A stretch of DNA of 64,000 nucleotides. Origin: an uncultured Gemmatimonadales bacterium (lineage in GTDB: Bacteria > Gemmatimonadota > Gemmatimonadetes > Gemmatimonadales > GWC2-71-9). This document shows, in pieces, positions 47,207 to 57,128 of the stretch. The DNA lies in contig CAWGVP010000003.1 in the NCBI GenBank assembly GCA_963826065.1, forward strand, positions 224,264-288,263. The letters are read 5' to 3'. Within the stretch, counting starts at the first letter, position 1; the number at the start of each line of letters is the position of its first letter. The notes beneath the pieces are model-generated. The model did not search any database. It was not told the origin of the DNA and saw only the letters and a program-made list of their open reading frames with translations. The position numbers and the translations under genes are program-made.

Positions 47207-49036
47207 TCACGGTCCCAGCCACGCGGCGAGTCGCTGCCGCTGCTCGGGGGTCGCGTCCGGCCGGACGGACAGCGACCATCGATCGGTCGGGGCAGTCCCC
47301 AGCCTCAGTCCGACACGTCGCAGCTCGCCGCGGCGGGACACGAGCAGGGTGACCCTGGTGCCGGGCCGGTACTGTTCGAGGCGGGCGTCGAGTCCGTCTC
47401 CGTCGAGACGGAAGTCGTCGATCGCGATCAGTTCATCTTCGGTCGCCAGCCCCGAGCCGTAGGCAGGTGTGCCGCGGGGCAGGCCCGAGACCAGCAGGCG
47501 ACCGTCGTCCACCCGCGTGAGGACCCCGAGCCAGGCTGAGGAAGTGTCCGGCGCGGATGGACTGAATCGCAGGCCGTACCAGTCGAGCATCTCGGTGTAG
47601 TCGAGCTCCTCGGTCGTCTCCAGCGCGCGATGGAAGTAATCGCCGAGGTCCGCACCGCCGACCTCGTTCGCCACTGCACGGAAATCCGCCGGGGTGTACC
47701 CCCGCGCGCCGCTGAAGCGGTCGTAGGCGACCCGCATCACGTCGTCGAGACTGCGGGCCCCGTTCGTGAGGCGCCGGAGTCTGGCGTCGAGGAGCAGGCC
47801 GACGATCGCGCCCTTCGTGTAGTAGCTCACCGAGGAGTTCGCCGAATTCTCGTCGGGGCGGTACTGCTTGATCCAGGCGTCGTACGACGCCTGTTCGAGC
47901 GGCTGTACCAGCCGTCCGGCCGTGGCCTGCAGCGAGCCGATGGCGACCGAGATGTCCGCCAGGGTCTGCTCGCGTGACGCCACGGTCGCCCGACGGGCGA
48001 GCAGCCAGCTGTAGTAGTCACTGAGCCCTTCGGCGATCCAGAGGCTCCGGGTGTAAACCTCGTTCTCGTAGTCGAACGGCCCCAGCTCGACCGGGCGAAG
48101 GCGCTTGACGTTCCAGGCGTGAAAGAACTCGTGGGCGGCCAGCGTGAGCCAGTCGTGGTACGCACGCTCGGTGCGGGTACTCCAACGACTGGTGAAGAGG
48201 ACGGTGGACTCCTTGTGCTCGATGCCGTCATACTCTTCGGTGAGCAGGTTGAAGAACAGGTAGCGCTTGTACGGCAGGAACCCCCAGAGGGCGCGTGCCG
48301 CCCGCACGATGCGTTCGACGTCTCGCGCCGATCGCGCCCCGTCCCAGACCCCGGCCTCGCCCACGTTCACCAGGGCATGCTGCGCGCCATCGACGATGAA
48401 CTCGTAGACGGCAGGATTCCCGGCGAGGATCGGAGAGTCGACCAGCGTGTCGAAGTCGGGGGCGCAGTAGTGGTGCGGTCGGCCGTCGGCGGCCACGGGC
48501 AACGACGTCAGCGACTTGGACCACGCGGCGGGGAGCTCGAGTGTGACCTCGTGGGGGCGTCGCACGCGCTCGACCAGGGTGAGGTAGGTAGGAGCGCCGT
48601 TGATCAGGGCGAAGGAGTCCTCGACCCAGTTCGTTCTCGCCTGTCGCTCGTCTGCGTAGACCCGGTATGTCAGCATTACGGCGCCGGCGCCATTGGTCTC
48701 CACCCGCCATCGGTTCTTCCTCGACTTGGCGACCTTCAACGCACGCCCGGCCGGATCCCGGGCGCGGACTTCCTCGACGTGACGCGCGAACTCGCGCACC
48801 AGGTACGAACCCGGCGTCCATACCGGCATCATCAGCTCGATGGCCGGCCTTCTCGAGGTCGGATAGGTCGCCTGGACTTCGAGGTAGTGCGTCTCCGGCG
48901 CCGGGATGCGGAGCACATACTGGATGGGTTCCAACTGCTGGGCGCCCGCCCGGCTCACGGCAAGCGCGGTCGAGGCCAGGACCGCAGCCAGGCTGTACGC
49001 GGCCGATCGCCGGGCTATGGATCTCATCAGCTTCAA
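47207..49036 (-). CDS. M61 glycyl aminopeptidase with PDZ domain
   Basis: PVWTPGSY, HEFFHAWNVKR, EG..Y, SYYTKG, C-terminal PDZ. Confidence 0.92.
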   Translation of the reverse strand: MKLMRSIARRSAAYSLAAVLASTALAVSRAGAQQLEPIQYVLRIPAPETHYLEVQATYPTSRRPAIELMMPVWTPGSYLVREFARHVEEVRARDPAGRALKVAKSRKNRWRVETNGAGAVMLTYRVYADERQARTNWVEDSFALINGAPTYLTLVERVRRPHEVTLELPAAWSKSLTSLPVAADGRPHHYCAPDFDTLVDSPILAGNPAVYEFIVDGAQHALVNVGEAGVWDGARSARDVERIVRAARALWGFLPYKRYLFFNLLTEEYDGIEHKESTVLFTSRWSTRTERAYHDWLTLAAHEFFHAWNVKRLRPVELGPFDYENEVYTRSLWIAEGLSDYYSWLLARRATVASREQTLADISVAIGSLQATAGRLVQPLEQASYDAWIKQYRPDENSANSSVSYYTKGAIVGLLLDARLRRLTNGARSLDDVMRVAYDRFSGARGYTPADFRAVANEVGGADLGDYFHRALETTEELDYTEMLDWYGLRFSPSAPDTSSAWLGVLTRVDDGRLLVSGLPRGTPAYGSGLATEDELIAIDDFRLDGDGLDARLEQYRPGTRVTLLVSRRGELRRVGLRLGTAPTDRWSLSVRPDATPEQRQRLAAWLGP

Positions 49037-49458
49037 GGGTCCTTGGAGGGGCGCACGAGGTTGGGCTTCCCCCGCACCCCGGTAAAGACCACCAGCAGCT
49101 TGACCGGTGTCGAGCCCCGATTCTTGCCGTTGTGCCAGGCATCAACGGCCTCGACGAAGGAGTCTCCGGCCTTATAGCTGTGACCGCCACCTCCCTCGAT
49201 CTCGACGTTGATCGCGCCTTCCAGCACGTAGACGAACGCCGGATACAGATGCATATGCCGACCGGTTTCGCCGCCCGGGCCGATGTCCACCCGCAATGCG
49301 GTGACCTCGGCACTGTCGGTCGCGGGATAGGTGATGCGTCCGCCATCGTTCGTTACGCCGCTCTGGAGAACGGGCCTTGACGAGAAGTTCACTTGGGCGG
49401 CGAGAGGTGCGGCCAGAAGCGCGGCGACGACGAGGGCAGGAAGTTCTCTCTTGATCAT
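49033..49458 (-). CDS. Secreted cupin domain protein
   Basis: HMH…YVLEG…GDSFVE…WH cupin motifs. Confidence 0.85.
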   Translation of the reverse strand: MIKRELPALVVAALLAAPLAAQVNFSSRPVLQSGVTNDGGRITYPATDSAEVTALRVDIGPGGETGRHMHLYPAFVYVLEGAINVEIEGGGGHSYKAGDSFVEAVDAWHNGKNRGSTPVKLLVVFTGVRGKPNLVRPSKDP

Positions 49459-49500
49459 GGGAGGTCTCCGAGTTCCAAAGGCGCTGCCTGACTTACTCCG

Positions 49501-50358
49501 CTAGGCCCCCGCGGGCGCCAGCATCGCTTCGACCGCCGCGAACGCGGCGCGGCAGATTGCCTGATCGCGATCGTACTCCGGCGCATAGGAGGCGATGGTG
49601 GCGGCCCCGAGGGGCATCCTGGCCCGGACGGCGGTGATCGAGGCGGTCAGCTGAGCGACCGAGAGCCCGCCCGGAGCCGGAAGTGAGTTGGCGCGTCCGA
49701 CCGAATCGGGATCCAGGACGTCGAGGTCCAGATGCAGGTAGCCGAGGCCCTCGGCGAGCGGCGCGGCGGCCAGGCGGTTGGACAACCCGGCCGACACGTC
49801 GGACACGGGAACGAGCGTCACCCTGGATTCCGACAGCAGGGCGGCCTCCAGCGGATCGAGGTCTCTGGCGCCGACGAGAAAGGTGGCCTCCGGCGCGACG
49901 GGCTGAAACCCTGGCACCGACGCCGCGACGACGCGCCAACACCAACCTAGGGCAATCGAAAGTCCCATTCCATCCAGGAAACCGCTCCCGGTGGTCTCCG
50001 GGGTATTGGACTCCCCGTGGGCATCGAACCAGAAGATCGAACGCGGCTCGGGCGTGAGGCCACTCAAGGCGCCCACCGCTCCCGCGTTGCAATTGCCGCT
50101 CAGAACGATGGGGAACCGACCCGCGGCGCGGGCGTCGCGCACCGCGGTGGCGACCCGGCGCATGAGCTCGAACGCGGTGCGGATCTCGGCGGGTGATTCC
50201 GCCGGGTCGTCCTCGATCACCTGAATCCCGGCGACGCGATGTCCGCAGGACTCGAGGTGGGCGGGGAGGCCGGCCTGCACCAGGTGCTCGGGACCGGCGC
50301 CGGAGCGCCAGCCGCGGCGGGCGGTGTCGTAGGGGACGAGGAGGAGCTGCGTGTCCAT
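49501..50358 (-). CDS. Arginase/ureohydrolase family protein
   Basis: SGNC, WFDAHGE, LDGM, HLDLDVLD. Confidence 0.85.
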   Translation of the reverse strand: MDTQLLLVPYDTARRGWRSGAGPEHLVQAGLPAHLESCGHRVAGIQVIEDDPAESPAEIRTAFELMRRVATAVRDARAAGRFPIVLSGNCNAGAVGALSGLTPEPRSIFWFDAHGESNTPETTGSGFLDGMGLSIALGWCWRVVAASVPGFQPVAPEATFLVGARDLDPLEAALLSESRVTLVPVSDVSAGLSNRLAAAPLAEGLGYLHLDLDVLDPDSVGRANSLPAPGGLSVAQLTASITAVRARMPLGAATIASYAPEYDRDQAICRAAFAAVEAMLAPAGA

Positions 50359-50543
50359 GGCAGGAAGGTAGCCGGCCTGGGCGGCCGGGTGCCGGACGCC
50401 GGGTTACCGGCAAAAACTTCCGCTGTTCTGTTTCTCGACAGGGGTATGGCCTGTAACGCAGTTTGCCAGAGGTTATCCGGAGGAAGGCTCAGCCCTCCCG
50501 CTGACGACGTTGACCGGCCACGAGTTACGCCATGGGCCCCGGG

Positions 50544-50558
50544 CGGCATGGTTGCTGC
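50544..50558 (+). promoter_or_regulatory. Possible sigma54 promoter of the pilin cluster
   Basis: CGGCATG-GTTG-CTGC, GG-N10-GC, just upstream of ATG 50574. Confidence 0.35.
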
Positions 50559-50573
50559 CGCTGAAGTGAACCC

Positions 50574-51030
50574 ATGACCTCCTTTAGATGTGCTCGGCGG
50601 GGCCTCACGCTGGTCGAAATGGCCCTGACGCTCGTCGTCATGGGGCATCCTGACCGCGATCAGCATGCCGCGGATCGGCACCCTCCTGAGCCATTCCCGG
50701 GTCAACCACACCACCGCCGTGGTCGCGTCCGATCTCCAGAACGCATTCGCCATCGCGGGCCGGCAACGCAGGCCGGTCCGGCTGAGCTGCGTCTGCGACA
50801 GCGTGCTCTATCGCGTGGTGGACCGCGCCGGCGGGACGGTACGGATCAACCGCATGCTGCTCGGCGACGACGAGTCCGGGGTCACCGGGCTGGCCTTCTC
50901 CGCCTCGCCGGTGGAGATCTTCCCCTCCGGTGTGGCGTCGGCCCCGCTCACCGTGACCATCAGTGCCGGAGCCTACGCCCGCCAGGTCACCATGACCACG
51001 GGGGGCCAGGTGAGGATCCTCCCCCAATGA
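50574..51030 (+). pseudogene. FimT/GspH-like minor pilin with +1 frameshift (real or sequencing error)
   Basis: RRGLTLVE prepilin motif; removing one G at 50642-50645 gives …VVMGILTAISMPRIG… joined to ORF 50665-51030. Confidence 0.8.
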
Positions 51031-51425
51031 GACTGACGCCTCAGCGCGGCTTCACTCTGATCGAGTCGGTGGTGGCCATCGTGCTGCTGTCGGTCTGCGC
51101 CCTGGCGCTGGGCGGGCTCCTGGCCCGCTCTTCGCGCATGGCGGTCGCCTCCGCCCAGACGATCCACGGTACCGCCGCGCTCTCGACCGAGGTCGCCCGG
51201 CTCAACGCCCTGCCGTTCGACCAGCTTCCGGCGGCCGGTGAGACGTGCACCACGACCGTCGCGGCACCCTATCCTCATACCCTCTGCACCCGTCTGACCG
51301 ACGTCTCGGCCACGGTCAGGGAGGTGCGGGTGCGGATCACACCGGCCGCCGCCGGTGTCCGCCCGGATACGGTCGACTTTCGACGGACCCTGCCCGGCGG
51401 CAGTCCCGCCCTGACCACGCCATGA
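51027..51425 (+). CDS. PilV-like type IV minor pilin
   Basis: QRGFTLIES prepilin motif; ATGA coupling. Confidence 0.85.
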   Translation: MRLTPQRGFTLIESVVAIVLLSVCALALGGLLARSSRMAVASAQTIHGTAALSTEVARLNALPFDQLPAAGETCTTTVAAPYPHTLCTRLTDVSATVREVRVRITPAAAGVRPDTVDFRRTLPGGSPALTTP

Positions 51426-52297
51426 CCCGGCTGCCCCGCGCGTCACGCGGCTTCAGCATGATCGAGCTGATGATCGGCATGATCATTCTGTCGGTCGTCG
51501 GCGCGAGCCTCATCCGGCTCCTGGTCGACCAGACCCGCTTCATGGACCACCAGGAGGCCGGACGCGCCGCGCGGTCGGTCTCCCGGAGCAGCCTCAACCG
51601 GGTCCTGTCCGACCTTCGCATGGTCGAGGCGGTGGGCGGGATGGAATCCGCGGTGGCGGGCGGCAAGGACTTCACCGTCCGGGTTCCCTACGCCTTCGGG
51701 ATCGTCTGCTCGGCGACCGCCACCGCGGCGACCGCCAGCCTGATGCCGGTGGACTCGGCGATGTTCGCCGCCCCCGGGTTCTCCGGGTTCGCCTGGAGGA
51801 ACAGCGCCGGGGTGTACACCTATGTGACCGCCGGGGCGACCCTGAATACCGCGGGCACGGTGGCCAACTGCACCGGCCCGGCCATCAACACGCTGGCGGC
51901 CTTCAACGGCTCCCCGGCGGGACGCGTCGTCGACCTGGGGGCGACCTCCCTGGCGCCGGTTCCGCCGGTCGGGTCCATCGTGTTCCTGTTCCGCCGGGTG
52001 CGCTACGAGTTCAAGGCGTCCGTGGCGCTGCCCGGGAGCACCGGGCTCTGGCGCACCATGGCCACCGCCCCCGTCAATACCGAAGAGATTGCGAGCCCAT
52101 TCGATGCCACCGCCGGCGTGCGGTTCTACGTCCTCAACGGCGCCGTGGCCCAGGCTGCGGTGCCGGCGCCGCTGTCGGATGTGCGCGGCCTCGAGTTCAG
52201 GCTCGATGGTCTCAGCGAATCCACCCCGCGCGGCAAGGCCGCGCCGATCAGATCCGAGCTGACCACGTCGATCTTCTTCGAGAACAGGCCCGACTGA
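51422..52297 (+). CDS. PilW-like type IV minor pilin
   Basis: RGFSMIELM prepilin motif; ATGA coupling. Confidence 0.85.
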   Translation: MTRLPRASRGFSMIELMIGMIILSVVGASLIRLLVDQTRFMDHQEAGRAARSVSRSSLNRVLSDLRMVEAVGGMESAVAGGKDFTVRVPYAFGIVCSATATAATASLMPVDSAMFAAPGFSGFAWRNSAGVYTYVTAGATLNTAGTVANCTGPAINTLAAFNGSPAGRVVDLGATSLAPVPPVGSIVFLFRRVRYEFKASVALPGSTGLWRTMATAPVNTEEIASPFDATAGVRFYVLNGAVAQAAVPAPLSDVRGLEFRLDGLSESTPRGKAAPIRSELTTSIFFENRPD

Positions 52298-53403
52298 TGC
52301 CGTCCTCCCCCGACGAGGTGCGTATGCCGGCCCGATTCAGCTCCCGAGGGGCGACGCTGCCGCTCACCCTGGCGGTGCTGGCGCTCATGAGCCTCACCGT
52401 CGCCGTCACGTTCAACCGGGTGTCGGCGGAGCGCCGGATCAACGGCGACCAGCAGGCTCAGGTGGACGCGCTGGCGGTCGCGCAGTCCGGTCTCGAGGTA
52501 TACCGGACCACGGTGACAGACATGCCGGGCCTGACCCACGACGTCACGCTCGGCGCGCTGCCCGGCGGCAGCGCGCAGATCTCGCTGCGTCAGGTTCGGG
52601 ACTCGGTGGGCCTGCAGCCGGCCATCTACGTGGTGAGCTCGCGGGGCACCAGCTCCTCGGCTATCCGCTATGGCGCCAATGCCGCGCCGGCACAGCGCAC
52701 GGTGGCGCAGTACATGACCTGGGAGCCGGTGAACATCGATGTGAATGCCGCCTTCACCAGCCTGTCCGGCCTGGACAAGAACGGCACCTCCGGCGCGCTC
52801 GACGGAAACGACGGCTGCGCCGGCAGCACGTTACCCCCGATCCCCGGTGTGGCTGTGCCGGACGCGCTCTATACCGGCCAGACGAGCCCGATCAACGGAA
52901 ACCCGGACAACGCGCCGGACTACCTGGGCACCGCAGGGACGGGCGGCACCGCCAGGGACGAGGTCCACGTAGACTGGGATGGCATCGTCAACAACAACGC
53001 GATCCCCGCGGACGTGGTCCTGGGCGCCTGGCCCTCCCCCGCTGCCATGAACCAGTGGCCGGTCATCCGGGCCAACGGCAACCTGAGTCTGGACGCCACC
53101 CTGCACAACGATGGCAAGGGCGTCCTGATCGTCACCGGCAACCTCAGCCTCAGCGGCAGCTTCCGGCACGAGGGACTGGTCCTGGTGGGCGGCACGCTCA
53201 TCTCGAACGGCAACAACGAGATCCACGGGGCCATCATCACCGGGCTCAACATCAAGCTCGGCATCGCCGTGCCTCAGACCGCGATCGGCAACGGCAACAA
53301 GACCTTCCAGTACAACTCCTGCAACATCCTCCGCGCCCTGAGGCCGATCGGCTCCCTGGAAGCGGTGAGCAACGCCTGGACGGACGGGTACCCGAGCTAC
53401 TAG
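52297..53403 (+). CDS. PilX-like minor pilin
   Basis: RGATL without Glu5, A…AQSG, C-terminal GVLIVTGNL/GLVLVGG beta-helix-like repeats. Confidence 0.75.
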   Translation: MPSSPDEVRMPARFSSRGATLPLTLAVLALMSLTVAVTFNRVSAERRINGDQQAQVDALAVAQSGLEVYRTTVTDMPGLTHDVTLGALPGGSAQISLRQVRDSVGLQPAIYVVSSRGTSSSAIRYGANAAPAQRTVAQYMTWEPVNIDVNAAFTSLSGLDKNGTSGALDGNDGCAGSTLPPIPGVAVPDALYTGQTSPINGNPDNAPDYLGTAGTGGTARDEVHVDWDGIVNNNAIPADVVLGAWPSPAAMNQWPVIRANGNLSLDATLHNDGKGVLIVTGNLSLSGSFRHEGLVLVGGTLISNGNNEIHGAIITGLNIKLGIAVPQTAIGNGNKTFQYNSCNILRALRPIGSLEAVSNAWTDGYPSY

Positions 53404-53436
53404 CATCCCGGCCCCCGCAGACAGTCCGGCGCTCGC

Positions 53437-54096
53437 TCAGTAGTGCGGAGGCAGCTGGACTGTGCCTTCCATTCCCTGGAGCACCGCCGCTCCATGCATG
53501 ATCACATGTGCGAGGATGGCGGCGAGCGGACTGCCGGTGACCAGATACCCTGCCGTGACCGCTGCGTTTCCGATCAACGGCTGGACCAGCGTGGGGCCGC
53601 GGAACTCGGCGAAGCCGAGATGGTAGGCCGCGGTGACGGCCAGGCTGGCCAGCAGCGCCACCCCACCCCACCGCGCCCGTGCGGTCCAGCGGCGCAACTC
53701 CTCGGGTGGGCGGCTGCCGTAGACGCTGAGGACGGGGACGACGCTGAGCAGAAGCGCGTCCAGGGCACCGTATACGACTCCCAACCAGGCCAAGGCACCC
53801 ACGAGCGCCATCCCCTGTGGGCGGGGTGAGGCCGGCTGGGTCGTAACGCCAGACGCCAGGACTATCCCTACCAGGACGCCCCCGACGAGTCCCGCGCGCC
53901 AGTGCCGCTGCAGCTGCACCGTCGGACGGACTTCCCCGATCATCACGTAGGCGGTGAGAAACGAGCCCGCCAGCATGGCGTAGCCCAGGACGAATGCGCT
54001 GCGGCCCCAGTGCAGCCAGGAGGAAAAGATGCCGGAGCTCGCGAACCCCGCGAGGGCCGCGAGTGATACCCAGAGTCCGGGGGGTATCCGCTTCAT
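53437..54096 (-). CDS. Hypothetical multi-TM membrane protein (CPBP/Abi-like)
   Basis: Several TM helices; YHLG, AHVIMH motifs. Confidence 0.65.
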   Translation of the reverse strand: MKRIPPGLWVSLAALAGFASSGIFSSWLHWGRSAFVLGYAMLAGSFLTAYVMIGEVRPTVQLQRHWRAGLVGGVLVGIVLASGVTTQPASPRPQGMALVGALAWLGVVYGALDALLLSVVPVLSVYGSRPPEELRRWTARARWGGVALLASLAVTAAYHLGFAEFRGPTLVQPLIGNAAVTAGYLVTGSPLAAILAHVIMHGAAVLQGMEGTVQLPPHY

Positions 54097-54253
54097 CGGC
54101 CGCTCGCTCGGCGCCTGTTTGGTCTTCTCGTCTGCGAACAGTCGGGTGTGGCCGAGGTCAACCGAATGCTTCTCGGGATCCCCGACCGCGGCAGCGCTGC
54201 CGCTGCGGGATGAGGCTCCTGAGACGCTGCCATCGCCGTCTATTCCGCCCGCG

Positions 54254-55129
54254 TTACATGTCACTCAGCTGCCGGCGCACGGTCTCGTTGATCCAGTCCT
54301 GGATGCTGCGCGTGTCCAGACGAGTGTTGTTGTTATGTCGGCGGCAGTCCCGGCCGCCATCGCTCACATTCGCGACGAGGACCGGGTCATCGCGCCGGTC
54401 GGGACCGGGATTCAAGAAGATGCCGCCACCGGAGTCGCCGGAACAGACATAGCTGGGTATGGACCAGAGTCCCCAGGTCTCGTCGACGACTCTTCGTAGT
54501 CTCGATGTCCTGACGCGCCGCTTCCCATCCCACATCGCGGTATCCGCTGGAGTCATCCGCTGTTGCGGCGTCGTGGTACCGTATCCGACGATGGTTGTCG
54601 GGGCTCGTTCGGATCTGGCGAGCGTGCCGTGGTCCCCGAGCCGCGCGGGCGTGACCCCGGGCGGCGGGTGCGCGAGGAAGACCAGTCCCACGTCGGCGAT
54701 CCCGGGCTCGAGTGGGGCAACCAGAATCTCGTCGGTCGGGTCGCATCGCGGCGGCGGCGGGCAGTGGGGCATGGAGGGATGCGTCGCTTGCCCGACCACG
54801 GGAATCCAGGTTCCCGGGTCCCTGGCATCCGTTGGACTGAAGCTCGCAAACATTCGGATCGACGGCGGCAGCGAGCCGAGTGCCGTCGCCGGCGCGGTGA
54901 AGTGGCCGGCCGTCAGCATCACCCGGTCACGAATCAGCGTGCCGCTGGCGAATCCACGAAGCTGCGAGGGCCTCCCGTCGGCATCGACACGCCAGACCAT
55001 GATCACCCCGACGTTCGCGTACCTGTTCTCGAGATCGGGAGTTGCCTGAGCCGGGAGTGTCGTCGATCCAGGCAGCAGCGCGATGCTGACGGCGATCAGT
55101 GCAGGGCGGAGCATGAGGAGGGTCATCAT
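54254..55129 (-). CDS. Secreted trypsin-like serine protease
   Basis: GGAGGAGG RBS, signal peptide, LTAGH, ADVGLV, GDSGG. Confidence 0.85.
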   Translation of the reverse strand: MMTLLMLRPALIAVSIALLPGSTTLPAQATPDLENRYANVGVIMVWRVDADGRPSQLRGFASGTLIRDRVMLTAGHFTAPATALGSLPPSIRMFASFSPTDARDPGTWIPVVGQATHPSMPHCPPPPRCDPTDEILVAPLEPGIADVGLVFLAHPPPGVTPARLGDHGTLARSERAPTTIVGYGTTTPQQRMTPADTAMWDGKRRVRTSRLRRVVDETWGLWSIPSYVCSGDSGGGIFLNPGPDRRDDPVLVANVSDGGRDCRRHNNNTRLDTRSIQDWINETVRRQLSDM

Positions 55130-55187
55130 CCTCCTCCCTACCGGGAGGCCTTCCCATTTACCATGGCTCATCCTCGACCGCTAACGG

Positions 55188-55496
55188 CTAGAGCCGTTCC
55201 ATCTCCTGCGCTCGAACGACCAACTCTTCCTGAGCGAAGTCTGCCTCGAGTCGGGTCCGCAGGTTGGCCCACCAGGTGCGATCCACCTCTTCAACCATGA
55301 CCTCATACACCACCACCTGGTCGCGAACCCTTTCGCCCGTGTCGCTCTCCCACAGTCCGGTAGCAGGAGCTCTCGTGTAGGCCGTCACGCCCCCGAACCG
55401 TTCAGTGAGCTGACCCGCCAGCTGGTCGTAAAGCGTGCGAGGATGCTCACGCCCTTGATTACTGCGGGTTGGGAGTAACAGCTGCACCAGGTACAC
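55188..55496 (-). CDS. Conserved hypothetical small protein
   Basis: YLVQLLLP, FGGVTAYTRAPA.GLW, FAQEELVVRA. Confidence 0.7.
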   Translation of the reverse strand: MYLVQLLLPTRSNQGREHPRTLYDQLAGQLTERFGGVTAYTRAPATGLWESDTGERVRDQVVVYEVMVEEVDRTWWANLRTRLEADFAQEELVVRAQEMERL

Positions 55497-55552
55497 GCTA
55501 CACTCGCTGGGACTGGATGCTGGTACCGACCAGGCTCGGATCTCCCGGGAAC

Positions 55553-56134
55553 TCAGGTCGGGAAATTGGTCGTGACGCCGCCCGCCTGAACGGTCCGCGC
55601 GACCCGCTCGGCGAAGATGCGTGCTCCCGCTCGTACCATCGCCTCCGGCTCACCTTTCAGCTCGGTGGTGTCGTCGAGTACGATGGTGCCGGACGGCACG
55701 TGAACCAGCTGGGCGGTGAGCAGCCAGATCAAGTTGCTGGTCTTGCTGACCTTGGCCAGCACGACCCAGGGGGCATCGACCGCCGCTGCGGCGAATCGTG
55801 CACAGGCCACGATGACGTTGCACTCTTGGCCCCTGGCGATGGTGATCGCGGAATCGGACCGAGCGGCTCCTTCAACCGTTTGCGGATCGGCAAGTTGGCC
55901 AGGCAGGAGCCGGTCGAGTGTGGCGTGGAGAACCCTGGTCGCCAACACCGCCTTGTCGGCGTCCGTTGGCTCCTGCACGTTGGCCTGTGCGTTGTACAAC
56001 GCCACCTCGAGAGCGGCGACCATGGACCCGGGCGGTTCACGGGGGCCTTCGGCACTTTGGGACCAAGCCGGCCGCTGCCCGGCACACACGAGAATTACGC
56101 ACCACAGCAGGTAATGCATCCGCATACGGCACAT
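55553..56134 (-). CDS. DUF2380/DUF3280-like secreted protein
   Basis: Signal peptide; C…CA, VSKTSNLI motif. Confidence 0.65.
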   Translation of the reverse strand: MCRMRMHYLLWCVILVCAGQRPAWSQSAEGPREPPGSMVAALEVALYNAQANVQEPTDADKAVLATRVLHATLDRLLPGQLADPQTVEGAARSDSAITIARGQECNVIVACARFAAAAVDAPWVVLAKVSKTSNLIWLLTAQLVHVPSGTIVLDDTTELKGEPEAMVRAGARIFAERVARTVQAGGVTTNFPT

Positions 56135-56411
56135 CCAGGAGAAGTTGTAGAGGCGCTCTCCCGAATCATAACGGTGGTGGCCTGCGACCTGGTGAAAACT
56201 GCGAACGAGCCGGTGCGAGCCGGTAGTGTTAGGTTGCTCCTATGCCTAATACCAGACCCGACCCGCGCCCGCTGTTCACGCCCAGCACGCTACCCCAACC
56301 CGATGCGCCCGATTCCCTGGCCGCATTCATCGAAGACGCGCTGCTCACCATCGCGAACCGCCAAGATCAGGCGCAGATCCCTGGGCCGTCGGTCGAGCCG
56401 TCGGCCACTCC

Positions 56412-56606
56412 TTAGTCCTTCCGTTTCCACAACCTCAAATGTGGCTTCCGCCGCTCGCCCGATTCTTCGGGTCGAGCGGTCAGTCCTTTGGCCAGAAGTT
56501 CCTTCGCCCTCTGATAGTCACGTAAGGGATCGTCCTTGAGCGACTGCCAGAAGCGTCGGAGCAGCGCTTTCAATCGGCCACCTTCAGCATTGTCCTTGAT
56601 CGTCAT
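56412..56606 (-). CDS. Possible small hypothetical protein
   Basis: 64-aa ORF with upstream GGAG, co-oriented with neighbours; no family recognised. Confidence 0.3.
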   Translation of the reverse strand: MTIKDNAEGGRLKALLRRFWQSLKDDPLRDYQRAKELLAKGLTARPEESGERRKPHLRLWKRKD

Positions 56607-56681
56607 CCATTTCGCGCTCCAATGCCGCTGAAGAATCTGCGGAACATTGATGTCTCGCTTGCTGAGATGTCTGCTGCGGCC

Positions 56682-57077
56682 TCACAAAGCCTTCGAAGGA
56701 GCAGCGCCGTAGATAGTGATGACAATGCGGCCGCTCACTCTCCCGACCATCTGCACCGTTGCAGGGCCTATTGGAAACTCGCTGTTACGCGGTTCCTCGG
56801 CTGCCTGAATGCCGATATTGAAGTCCCGAGAGGTTGCCCGCTTCCAGCATGCCCGCTGCCGAGGAGGCAAGCCGTCGATAGCACGAACGAGCCGCCGAAT
56901 GGCGGCATCCAGGCTCTGTGGTTGCGCGCGAAGCTCGAGCCGAGCCAAATACCTCTTGCGGAGCCGGCCGACGTGCAGCACGAACAGTTTCGGTCCGAGT
57001 GCTGCTGCCAAGGGGGCCAGATCCTCTCGAGACGAAATGTCGAGGTCCACGTTCAGGAACGCAGTCTTCTCGTACAT
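56682..57077 (-). CDS. Hypothetical protein
   Basis: FLNVDLDI…W…RDFNIG…ITIY; normal protein-like composition. Confidence 0.6.
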   Translation of the reverse strand: MYEKTAFLNVDLDISSREDLAPLAAALGPKLFVLHVGRLRKRYLARLELRAQPQSLDAAIRRLVRAIDGLPPRQRACWKRATSRDFNIGIQAAEEPRNSEFPIGPATVQMVGRVSGRIVITIYGAAPSKAL

Positions 57078-57128
57078 TCTTGATCCTGCCCTGATGTTCG
57101 AGTGTCAGTCTGTTGACATGCACATCTG

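Noticed and set aside
54188..54203. 16-bp palindrome GCGGCAGCGCTGCCGC
   Set aside because: Almost all G/C, single copy, no U-tract; plausible by chance at this GC content
56166..56234. attC-like site (ACCTAAC…GTTATGA on the minus strand)
   Set aside because: Poor inner L-box pairing, no further copies between neighbouring genes, no integron integrase
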